Part shown: positions 1 to 9,209 of the stretch, one piece after another
Layout: the number at the start of each line of letters is the position of its first letter
Position numbering within the stretch: the stretch's first letter is position 1
The notes under the pieces: generated by a model
Databases searched by the model: none
What the model was told of the DNA's origin: nothing
Seen by the model: the letters and a program-made list of their open reading frames with translations, nothing else
Origin: Thermodesulfobacteriota bacterium
Lineage (GTDB): Bacteria > Desulfobacterota_D > UBA1144 > Nemesobacterales > Mycalebacteriaceae
Assembly (NCBI GenBank): GCA_965198945.1
Contig: CBDAQI010000010.1
Span: 33,533 to 97,532, forward strand
Reading direction: 5' to 3'
Length of the DNA: 64,000 bases
Made by a program: the position numbers and the translations under genes

Positions 1-2
1 TC

Positions 3-281
3 GCCCTGAAACAGGGTTTTCCGAAAAACCGGCTCATAACCGGAATGCCGGGGAGCGACATAAAAAAGGAAAAAAAGTTTTTTGAAAAACTCAAAATAAA
101 ATCAATTGTAACAAAAGAAAGCGGAGAAAGCGGCGGGCAGGAGATTAAAATAAAAGCCGCCATTGAGACGGGAGCGAAAATAGCCGTGATAAAACGCCCG
201 GAAAAACCGGTTTTCCCCTTTGCGGTAAAAGGACGGAAACAGATGATTAAAAAAATAAGGGAAATTCACAATGTGCCTTGA
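3..281 (+). CDS. cbiJ: Precorrin-6A/cobalt-precorrin-6A reductase, C-terminal part (5' end outside window)
   Basis: Frame open from window edge; VTKESGESGG..KIKAA...AVIKRP matches the CbiJ/CobK C-terminus; overlaps cbiD start. Confidence 0.75.
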   Translation, partial: ALKQGFPKNRLITGMPGSDIKKEKKFFEKLKIKSIVTKESGESGGQEIKIKAAIETGAKIAVIKRPEKPVFPFAVKGRKQMIKKIREIHNVP

Positions 282-1377
282 GGAACCGCCCGCAAAGACA
301 AAAACAATGAAAACCGGACACACTACGGGCGCCTGCGCGGCGGCCTGTTCAAAGGCGGCGGTTTTAAGCATTCTGGAAAGAAAAAAAATAACAAAAGTGG
401 AAATTGAACTCCCGGGCGGGAAAACCGCCGCCTTCCGAATAAAAAATTCAGAATATAGCAAGAACAGCGCCTCAGCCACAACGGTTAAAGATTCCGGCGA
501 TGATCCCGATGTTACGCACGGGGCCGTAATAGGCAGCAGAGTTATGCTAAACAATACGGGGAAAATAACATTTTTGCGCGGTAAAGGAGTGGGCAAGATA
601 ACGCTTCCGGGGTTGGGATTGGAAATCGGTGAGCCCGCTATAAACAGAGTTCCGAGAAAAATGATAAGCCGTGAAGTCTCGGATTTGCTGAAAAAAAGCG
701 GTCGGAAAAACGCGGGGGCGAAAATAACCGTTTTTGTGCCTGAAGGGGAAAAACTTGCAAAAAAAACCCTCAATTCAAGACTCGGTATCAGGGGCGGAAT
801 ATCAATTATCGGCACAACCGGAATTGTGAGACCTTTCTCAAGCGCCTCATATGTGGCGAGCATTTTCCAGGCGGTTCAAATCGCGGCCGAAAACCGGGCC
901 CCTCATCTGATTGCCTCATCGGGAGGAAGAAGTGAAAAATTTATCAAAAAACAGTTTCCCGACCTGCCGGACTACGCTTTTATACAATACGGGAACTGGG
1001 TGGGCAGGCTGCTTGACGCTACCAAAAAGAATAAAATACAAGACCTGACCCTTGTCATAATGATTGGAAAAGCTGTTAAACTTGCTTCCGGAGAAATGGA
1101 TACACACAGTGGAAAAACCTTTTGGAACAGGGAGTTTATAGCGGAAACGGCGAAAAAAGCCCGCGCCGGGAAAAAGACGGTGGAAGAAATAAAAAATCTG
1201 AACGCCGCCGTGCGTCTTACGGAAATTTTTCCTCTGCGTCCCGAAGAGCCATTCTACCGCGAACTGCTCAAACAGTGCCAGAAACACTGCTCCAAACGCC
1301 TCGGCGGGTTTCTCACACTGGCGCTTGTCGGAACTGACGGAGAAATAGTGTGGTATCCTCAAAAGCCGAATGTCTGA
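271..1377 (+). CDS. cbiD: Cobalt-precorrin-5B C1-methyltransferase
   Basis: KTGHTTGACAAA, KDSGDDPDVTHG, GGISIIGTTGIVRPFS motifs; start may be ATG 307. Confidence 0.95.
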   Translation: MCLEEPPAKTKTMKTGHTTGACAAACSKAAVLSILERKKITKVEIELPGGKTAAFRIKNSEYSKNSASATTVKDSGDDPDVTHGAVIGSRVMLNNTGKITFLRGKGVGKITLPGLGLEIGEPAINRVPRKMISREVSDLLKKSGRKNAGAKITVFVPEGEKLAKKTLNSRLGIRGGISIIGTTGIVRPFSSASYVASIFQAVQIAAENRAPHLIASSGGRSEKFIKKQFPDLPDYAFIQYGNWVGRLLDATKKNKIQDLTLVIMIGKAVKLASGEMDTHSGKTFWNREFIAETAKKARAGKKTVEEIKNLNAAVRLTEIFPLRPEEPFYRELLKQCQKHCSKRLGGFLTLALVGTDGEIVWYPQKPNV

Positions 1378-3085
1378 AAAAGAGTCAAATACTTTCCCTT
1401 TCGCGGCGATATGCGGACAGGATGACCTGAAACTCGCTCTTATTCTCTGCGCGATTGACCCGCAAATAGGAGGCGTTCTCGCCCTGGGTGAGAAAGGAAC
1501 GGGCAAAACAACGGCTGTTCGCGCAATCGGAGAGATGCTTTCGCACGGAGATTTGCGTTTTCCCGTGGTAAACCTTCCCATTGGCGCCACAGAAGACAGG
1601 GTTCTCGGAGCCGTTGATCTGGAAAAACTTATCAATGAAAAACGGGAGTCGGTTCGTCCGGGCCTTCTGGAGCAGGCGCATGGAGGAATTCTCTACATAG
1701 ACGAGGTGAACCTTCTTGACGATTACCTGACGGACATACTTCTTGACGCGGCGTCCGCGGGTGAATATATGCTTGAGAGAGACGGAATATCACGAAAAAT
1801 CAAATCACGCTTCCGGCTTGTCGGAACAATGAACAGAGAAGAAGGTGAACTGAGACCCCAGCTTCTGGACAGGTTCGGTCTTTGTGTTGAAGTGAAATCG
1901 CCTTCCGGGGCCGAAACAAGACAGACGGTGGCGAGGCGGAGAATGGAATTTGATTCCAGCCCCGGAACTTTACGCGCCGCTTTTGAAAAAGAACAGAAAA
2001 AACTGCGGCGGAAAATCACGGATGCGACGGAAAATCTTAACAGGGTGGCGATTCCGGATGAAATTTTTGAAAAATCATGCGCTATTGCGGTTGAGAGCGG
2101 GGCTGAGGGAATGAGAGCGGATATTTTGATTGTTAAATCGGCGCGAGCCCTTGCGGCTTTTGAAGGCCGGAATAAAGTCAGCACGGACGACGCTGATAGA
2201 ACGGCGCCGTTTGTTTTAAGACACCGCAGATCTGACGCCGCGGACGGGAAAAAAAACTCCGGAAATTCCGGGACTGAAAACCATACTCTGACAAGCGGCG
2301 GAACGGGAAACCATAAGGGGGAAAATCCGGTTTCAAATCAGCAAAATGAAAAGGTTTTTCCTCCCGAGGGAAGTTTTTCCGCAATGAAACCGGCATTGCG
2401 GACTCCCGTCTCAAGGCGCGGAAGTTTTTATCCGGAAAAAATAACGGACTCTGCGGGAAAAGGAAAAAGGAAAACGGAAAAAATCAACATTTATGAGTCC
2501 GTGCGCGCCTACTTAAAAAAAGGTAATTTCTCTCCCAAACCAAAAACGAACGGGGGGCGCGGAAAAGTGTCTCTTATTTTCATTATTGATTCCAGCGGTT
2601 CAATGGCTTCCGGAAAACAAATTTCATATGCAAAAAAAATCATCGGGAAAACGGCCATGGAAAACAAGGGGAAAATCACCGAATTTGCCGCGATAGCGAT
2701 TTGCGGAAACGGGGCGCGGATTTTTTACCCTCCGGGAAACGACCCTGAAAAACTGACGACACGGCTCGCCGGAATTAAAACCGGAGGGAAAACAAACATG
2801 GGCGCGGCCGTTGTGCTTGCCAGCAAAATACTGCGAAAAACACGTCGCGCAAAATCGTCCTCATCGGCCATATTCATATTTACGGACGGGAGAATAAATT
2901 TCTGCGAAAGCGGAGAAGACCCTTTTCAAGACACCGTGAAAAAATTCAAAATGGCTATCGGCAAGACTGTAAAAACAACCGTGGTTGACACTGAAACGGG
3001 TTTTGTAAAAATAGACGCGGCGGTGAAATTTTCCGAAGCCATCGGGGCGGATTACGCGCGCGCCGGTGACATAAGGAGAGGGTAA
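1370..3085 (+). CDS. Mg/Co-chelatase ChlI/ChlD-like subunit (AAA+ fused to vWA)
   Basis: Walker A GEKGTGKT, YIDEVNLL, LLDRFG; C-terminal vWA MIDAS DSSGSM, TGGKT, FTDGR. Confidence 0.88.
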   Translation: MSEKESNTFPFAAICGQDDLKLALILCAIDPQIGGVLALGEKGTGKTTAVRAIGEMLSHGDLRFPVVNLPIGATEDRVLGAVDLEKLINEKRESVRPGLLEQAHGGILYIDEVNLLDDYLTDILLDAASAGEYMLERDGISRKIKSRFRLVGTMNREEGELRPQLLDRFGLCVEVKSPSGAETRQTVARRRMEFDSSPGTLRAAFEKEQKKLRRKITDATENLNRVAIPDEIFEKSCAIAVESGAEGMRADILIVKSARALAAFEGRNKVSTDDADRTAPFVLRHRRSDAADGKKNSGNSGTENHTLTSGGTGNHKGENPVSNQQNEKVFPPEGSFSAMKPALRTPVSRRGSFYPEKITDSAGKGKRKTEKINIYESVRAYLKKGNFSPKPKTNGGRGKVSLIFIIDSSGSMASGKQISYAKKIIGKTAMENKGKITEFAAIAICGNGARIFYPPGNDPEKLTTRLAGIKTGGKTNMGAAVVLASKILRKTRRAKSSSSAIFIFTDGRINFCESGEDPFQDTVKKFKMAIGKTVKTTVVDTETGFVKIDAAVKFSEAIGADYARAGDIRRG

Positions 3086-3658
3086 ATGAAAATTTATACA
3101 AAAAAGGGAGATGCCGGAAAAACCGCGCTTTTCGGGGGCAGGCGTGTTGATAAGGATGATGTTCGCGTGGAATGCTACGGCACACTTGACGAAGTAAATT
3201 CAACCATAGGTCTTTTGCGCTCAAAACTCACGGAGAAACACGGGTGGCAAAACGGTTTGCATAAAATACAAAAAGATATGATGGATATGATGTCGCATCT
3301 GGCACGCCCCTCCGATTCCCATAAAAAAAACACAAATCCCGTTCCGGTTGACGGGGCGGAATTTTGCGAAAAATGGATTGACGAACTTGAGAAAAATATG
3401 TCATCTCCTTCGGACTATTTTCTGCTTCCGGGAGGAAATGAAATATCAGCTCTCTGCCACTTAGTAAGAACACAGATAAGAAGGGGCGAGCGCAGGCTCG
3501 TCTCTCTTATGAAAAAAGACGAAATAAATCCCGTTATTCCCGCTTATATAAACCGCCTTTCAGACCTTTTTTTCACACTCGCAAGAGCCGAAATGGATTC
3601 GGCCGGAGTAGCGGAGGAAAAATGGCGTTTGTTTCTTTATAAAAAGAAAAAAAGATAA
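3086..3658 (+). CDS. pduO: PduO-type cob(I)alamin adenosyltransferase
   Basis: KIYTKKGDAGKT, GTLDEVNS, RRGER, YINRLSDLFF. Confidence 0.92.
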   Translation: MKIYTKKGDAGKTALFGGRRVDKDDVRVECYGTLDEVNSTIGLLRSKLTEKHGWQNGLHKIQKDMMDMMSHLARPSDSHKKNTNPVPVDGAEFCEKWIDELEKNMSSPSDYFLLPGGNEISALCHLVRTQIRRGERRLVSLMKKDEINPVIPAYINRLSDLFFTLARAEMDSAGVAEEKWRLFLYKKKKR

Positions 3659-3737
3659 AGACAAAAAATTGCTTAATCACACCGATTTCTAAAACTTTTT
3701 GCAGAACACTGACAATTTTCCTAAAATAGGAGTCGGA

Positions 3738-3959
3738 ATGCATGAACTATCAATTGACATAATTGCGTTTTTCATTTTTGCTTTCGCAACGGTTTTCAGC
3801 GCGGGAATGCTAGTTGCCGAAGTGCGGGGTCTGCGCAGAGATATGGACGACTCGGCGCGCCGGATGGAAGACTGGAAAAGAACGGTCTGGGACAATGAAA
3901 CCAAATACCGCACCCGCATGTGTGAGCGCATCAAGAAAGTGAAAAAATCCGTTGACTAA
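3738..3959 (+). CDS. Small single-TM hypothetical protein (73 aa)
   Basis: AGGAG at 3728-3732 precedes ATG 3738; N-terminal hydrophobic helix followed by a charged tail. Confidence 0.5.
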   Translation: MHELSIDIIAFFIFAFATVFSAGMLVAEVRGLRRDMDDSARRMEDWKRTVWDNETKYRTRMCERIKKVKKSVD

Positions 3960-4223
3960 TGGTCTCACTCCGCACTTGAGGCGGGACGCACAGAGAAACG
4001 GCGGACGCATGAATCTGAAAAATAACATCTGAAATATAATTGAGTCTCAATTCTCAAGCCGCGGCCGAGGGGCGGATTGATGAATTTTCTGGAGTGATGG
4101 AAAACGGTTCTTAAAAAACAAAAGGAGGTTAAGCAAGGGACCGGGCAGTTTTTGAAACACTGTAAAATTGCAAACGGAGCTCCCTTTGAGAGAAAAATTG
4201 GAGAATATGACAGAACAACCCTG

Positions 4224-5111
4224 TCAGAGCTTTGTTTTAATCTCATTCATGCGCAAAACAGTATTTTTCCTCAAATGGTCAATGGCCATCTTTTCAATTT
4301 GCCTCACCCTTTCTCTGCTCAAGCCGGTTATATCAGCGATTTCCCTCAAGGTAAGGGGCTCTTCGGCGCCGCCAATTCCATATCCTAAACGAACGACAGT
4401 CGCCTCTCTGCTGGCAAGACCATTGATGATTTTCCTCACCATCTCCGATTCTCTTCGCCGTGAGTATTTTTCAAATCCGCTGGCGGCTGCGTTGTCTTCA
4501 ATTTGTTCAACAATGCTGACAAACTCTCCGGTTTCCTGTGAAAAGAATTCAGAAACGGAACTGTAACTTGACAGAGCGGCGGCAAGCATATCCTGAGAGA
4601 CTTTTCCCGCAAGGTCCGGAGACTTGTGTCTGAAAGATTCTCTGACAGCCCGTGCGGCGTGTTCAGGTATTTTTACAACACGATGTTTTTCACAGTCCTG
4701 AATTCTGTGCTGAACAGAGTATAAAATCCACCAAGCCGCAATCGTTGAAAACTTGCTTTTTCTTTCCGGGTCATATTTTTGAATTGCCTTCATAAGACCG
4801 AAAATTCCCTCTTGCAGAGAGTCTTCAAAAGAAAGCCTTTCGCTTGCATGGCTCTGACACACCCTGACCATCAGGGGTGTGTTTCTGAGAATAAAAGCGT
4901 GCCGGGCCCTGCTTTCTTTTTTCTTGATAATTGCTTTTAGAATATGATTTTTAGTTTTGCGTGCCGCATTGGAAAGCGCGCGGATTTTTATCAGAGCCCG
5001 CCTTTCCTCAGCATTGTTGAGAAACCCCTGATGCTTTTCCGGAAAAAATTTTTTTATGGCCGCCCCCTCACCGGAGGCCAGAGAACGCTGTGAAAACATA
5101 TTGATTTTCAT
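4224..5111 (-). CDS. Divergent sigma-70 family RNA polymerase sigma factor
   Basis: Region 2 SFEDSLQEGIFGLMKAIQKYD..KFSTIAAWWI; region 4 LTLREIADITGLSRERVRQIE. Confidence 0.88.
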   Translation of the reverse strand: MKINMFSQRSLASGEGAAIKKFFPEKHQGFLNNAEERRALIKIRALSNAARKTKNHILKAIIKKKESRARHAFILRNTPLMVRVCQSHASERLSFEDSLQEGIFGLMKAIQKYDPERKSKFSTIAAWWILYSVQHRIQDCEKHRVVKIPEHAARAVRESFRHKSPDLAGKVSQDMLAAALSSYSSVSEFFSQETGEFVSIVEQIEDNAAASGFEKYSRRRESEMVRKIINGLASREATVVRLGYGIGGAEEPLTLREIADITGLSRERVRQIEKMAIDHLRKNTVLRMNEIKTKL

Positions 5112-5577
5112 TGCATATACCGTCCTTATTTTTGAATTTAGATTTCACCAAGCGCGCGCCAATGGAGACACAGCGCAAAATTGAACCCGCAACCCGCACC
5201 ACCCCGTAGTACGGCTGCCTTGGTATCTCACCCCGGTTTTACATCAATTAAGTGTCGTCGCCCGAGTGAGCGTAAATACATCAGTAAGGTTGGCATTCAA
5301 AATTCAGGATTGTGTTTGTGTCAGTTATTCCTCTCAGTCTGCACTCTAAAGCCATGTTTTTACCTCCTTGTATAAACTGATAAAACATTGTAGGAAAAAA
5401 CGTTCTTTCTTGACAACTTCTGTGAGGAAGAAAAATGAAAAAACCAGTGCAATGAGTCACTTACGGAGCTATTCTCTTCACAAAATGCAAGGATGAGAGG
5501 AGGTCAAAAACGAGTCTTTTATGACTGAAAATGTTGCCAACCGGCAGGATGATTTGGGCAATCCAATTACAATTTGA

Positions 5578-6420
5578 CCGGATTCCAGCCCCCCTTCCCC
5601 ATCCCAATTTTCATGTGATGGGTGTGATTAGTATAGAGACGGAAACAAAAATCTCACCTTCGTAATTACCACACCCCTCAGCCATTCCAACGAAAGCATG
5701 TCTCCAGTGAAAACCAGGGCGGAGATGGGGTGGAAATCTTCCCCTCCCGTCACTCCCGCAAAAGCATGTCCCCGTGGAAACGGGGGAGGGAATCCAGTAT
5801 TTATTAAACACATTGTAGAAAGTCAGTTGTAACACCAAAGTGGAGCGTTTTGTTCTGTCTGTTCTCCGGGGCGCAGACACAAAGTTGTTTTTGAATAAAG
5901 AGTTGCTTTGTTGTCGTTTTCTCTCCACCGGCAGACAACATTGCCTTTGTTGAGTGTCATTTGCTGCATTGCCCACGATTCCCACCCGTTTTCACAGGGA
6001 CAATCTTTCAGGGGAATGAAAGAGAAAATACGGAACTAAACAGAATCGTCTTTTCTCGCTCTCGTCATTCCCGTGGAAACGGGAATCCAGTATTAGAAAT
6101 GACAGAGCATCATTGTTTTCATTATTAGCTATTCTGTGTGAGACACATAATCCGGCATTGAATTAAATGTTTTTGCAATCGCCAAAAGTGTATGCAGATA
6201 AAAAACTTAGAATCCGCTTTTGTGTTGTCCGTATTTCCATTTGCGCTTAGGCGAAGATGCTATTTCTCCCTTCAAGTCATTCTGCCTCTGACACGGAATC
6301 CGAGGGTTTATGGCAGGACTTGTCGGAATACTGGATTCCCGTTTCCACGGGAATGACGGGAGAAAGGGGAATGACGGGGAAAGAATTGGGAATGACAGAG
6401 AAAATGCAGAAATGAAGAGA
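5578..6420. repeat. Cluster of dRS3/REP-like palindromic repeats (ATTCCC-N8-GGGAAT core plus extended degenerate copies)
   Basis: Perfect 32-bp inverted pair at 6063-6094 and 6327-6358; extended or degenerate copies at 5578-5615, about 5685-5740, 5748-5800, 5977-6019, 6277-6302. Confidence 0.85.
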
Positions 6421-6430
6421 AAAGCATCCC

Positions 6431-8753
6431 CTACATCACAAACCTCATTGTAAACAAAACACCCTTTTCATCAGCGGGATTCAACTCATAGTTCCTGTTC
6501 TGAACCGTTATGTCTCCCTTCAACCCCGTGCTGTAGTTAAACTCCACACCGACATCAAAATTCTTCTTCCGCCTCATAAATGACACTCGCGCCGTCTGCG
6601 CATGTCCCCTCGCTGATTTAATCAGTGAATACACGGGATCAACCTCTCCATATGCCGCAGCAGCTCCCACTCCTATCCCATATGTGTCGCCCAACCCGAA
6701 ATACCTGTCAAATGACGCTATCACCTTGTTCGTGTCTCCGAATCTATAGGAACCGCTGCCAACACTGCCGAAAAAAGAATCCGTCTCTCTTTCAAATGCA
6801 ACGGAAAATCCGCTCGTGTGCGATATGCCCGCTCTGCCCACTCCGTATTGCCCGTTCATGAAGAAGAAAGCTCCTTTGAAAAGATGAGCGGCGCTTCCTC
6901 CGTCCACAACGGGGACTGACAGATAACCCGAATCGCGGAAGTCAATCATGCTTTTTATACTGTTCCAGGAGACAGACGGTTCTATGCGCAGGGAAGAAGA
7001 TGAAGCGGAAAGGGGAACTGAAATTTCATAGTCTCTTGCAAACTCGTTGTTTTCATAGCCCTTTACGACAACGGGTTCGGATACAGATGCTCCGGATACG
7101 GCTATGTCGCCCCGGGCAACGGGAAGCAATTCAGCTGGGTCAACAAGATCTCCCGTGGGGAGCCAGATGGCTGAGACGGAGAATTGACCGCAACCATTAA
7201 CAGCCGGGTTTCCAAGGTCTATGGCTGTCTCACAGGCAAGTTTTACAAGTTGCCTGTTTGTAAGGTGAGGCCACACATAGCGGATGTTTACAAGGGTGCC
7301 AAATACAAGAGGGGTGGAATAACTTGTGCCGGGAACTTTAAAGTAGGAAACTGTAGTATCAGTGATTTCCGTTACAACAGTAACCTCATAAGGCGCCAGA
7401 ACGCAGAAATCTCTTGCATCACCGCAACGGTTTGAATTGCCATGTGCTTCCGGAGTGACTCCTGAGCCTGTATCTACTACAATGCCATTGCGCAGCTCTA
7501 TCTTCCGGTAACGCAATGAACCGTCGGTATTTTTCAGAGGCAAGCCTCTGCTGTCTGTAAGAAGGTAGTTCTGACTGTAGAAAGAATCCTCAAGACCGGC
7601 AACCAAAAGAAGTGACCCTGTCATCTCATGAATCTCTCTCAAAGCTTCGGCCCGATGTGCCGGCTGATCCGGTGTTGTTTCAAGTCGTAAAATAGGGTGA
7701 TGATCAAGAGCTACGAAGTCCCGTCTGGTGGAGTCGGGACCAAAATTGCCGGTGCCAACAACAAATAAAGCTTCGGAATCTCTCACGGCTTCAGGAGCAA
7801 TCAGATTCACAACCTCACTAGGGTTATCCTGACCGGAAGATCTGAAAAGGTGTGCCCCGGAAATATTGACTATTCTTGAAAAAGCTCCCGGCCTTTTGCA
7901 AAACAGCCTGCTATCAGAGGGGCTGCAATCATCAGCCAGCTCGTTTACAAAACTCACACTTCGGCCACTGGAAGCTCTGTTGTCATAAAATTGAAGGAAA
8001 TCCGGAAGTGTGGCTATTTCGGCTACTTTGCGCACCCTTGTAGCATGTTGGTCATCTTGTCCGGGGACGGCCGGATTATAGTCACTGTCAACTATTATAC
8101 CGAAAGGTGTAATGGTTTCCCGGGCATCTTTTCTTTGTTGAACTTTTGCCGAGACCTTATCATATAAGGGAAGCAGCCCGGGAATTCTCCTGCGTTGACA
8201 ATCAGAACTCCAGAAACGGGAAGGATGGCAGGCAATTTCCCTGCCGGGAACGGCAGGTCCCAAATCATAAAACGAAGGAGTACGCTGTAGAGGCACAGAC
8301 TCCGGTGCCCTCACAGGCTCCGGCAATGGCACGAAGCTCTCAGAAGGGCTTCATCCGAAACTACGGAGACCGGGAGTTCCCCGCTCCACCGGCCTTCCCA
8401 ATATAGGTAAAGACTCCGGTGCCCTCACAGACTCCGGCAATGGCACGAAGCTCTCAGAAGGGCCAACCGAAACTACGGGACCGGGAGTTCCCCGCTCCAC
8501 CGGCCTTCCCAATATGGGTAAAGACTCCGGCGCCTTCACAGGTTCGGGCAATGGCACAAAACTCTCAGGGGGTAAGGGAGGAAGAGGCGCAGGGTTCGGT
8601 TGTGAAACAATTTGTCTTACACGCTGCGAAAAACCGGCGGAAGTCTGTGTGGAATCCGGCGCCCGTATCGCCGTGCCCCCGCCTCCGCCCGCACATCCTG
8701 ATAACAGGAAAACCGTGAGCGGCAAAAAAAAATTTGTATCCGCTTATCTTCAC
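6431..8753 (-). pseudogene. Lipoprotein S8 subtilase with C-terminal beta-barrel-like domain (NalP/SphB1-like architecture); one frameshift and one in-frame TGA as assembled
   Basis: Triad motifs GIIVDSD / QHATRV / PGTSYSTP and VGTGN in ORF 6431-8332; same-frame upstream ORF 8351-8725 has lipobox LSG-C; removing one T from the T9 run (8724-8732) joins GTG 8753 to give MKISGYKFFLPLTVFLLSGC. Confidence 0.8.
8297..8560 (-). repeat. Coding tandem repeat, about 2.4 copies of a 111-bp (37-aa) Pro-rich unit
   Basis: Units start at 8297, 8411 and 8522 on the + strand (spacing 114 and 111); encodes ESFVPLPE.V.APESLPILGRPVERGTPG. Confidence 0.92.
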
Positions 8754-8879
8754 TGAACTGCAAGACTCCGCACCCCAAATTATAACAAACCAGAGAGTTT
8801 TGCAATTTTTTTGTGCTTATGCTGAATCAGCGATTTCCAGTATTATATTAAAACGCATTGCAGAGGATAGATTTTAATA

Positions 8880-9060
8880 CAAATGCAAGGTGTTTTATTC
8901 CGCTTGTCCGCCGGACAACTTTTTAATAATACGTTGCCTTTTCTCCGCTGGCAGACAGCATTGTTTTTATTAAGTCATGAATTGCCTTGCTCCGGATTCC
9001 CTTCCCCCATCCCAGTTTTCATGAGGACAAGCTTGCACGGCCGATGACGGGAAAAGGGAA
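8880..9060. repeat. Degenerate REP-like copy with a flank resembling 5900-5980
   Basis: ccggattcc..gatgacggg at 8992-9050; ttctccgctggcagacagcattg resembles ctctccaccggcagacaacattg near 5920. Confidence 0.65.
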
Positions 9061-9209
9061 GAGCGGAGAAAAAGCCGGAACTGGGTTGAAAAACGGAAAT
9101 CACAGGTGGTTGTCAATCAGTTTTTTTTTATATTGCCGGTAGTGAAATTATGGTGTTTGGTTGAAGATTGCGGCAAATATTCCAATAATGAAACAAAAAA
9201 ATTATTTTT

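Noticed and set aside
102-1635. Long antisense ORFs (102-863, 916-1635 and similar ones over sufB, smc, secA, oadB)
   Set aside because: Shadow frames of well-supported genes with no motifs of their own.
5611-5985. ORFs 5611-5985 and 5628-5813
   Set aside because: Translations of REP-like repeat DNA; no protein family signal.
8351-8353. Selenocysteine read-through of TGA
   Set aside because: Lies in a low-complexity linker and is explained by compensating indels relative to the adjacent repeat unit.
5578-8560. CRISPR array
   Set aside because: Repeats are inverted palindromes with irregular spacing or in-frame coding units; no unique equal-length spacers and no cas genes.
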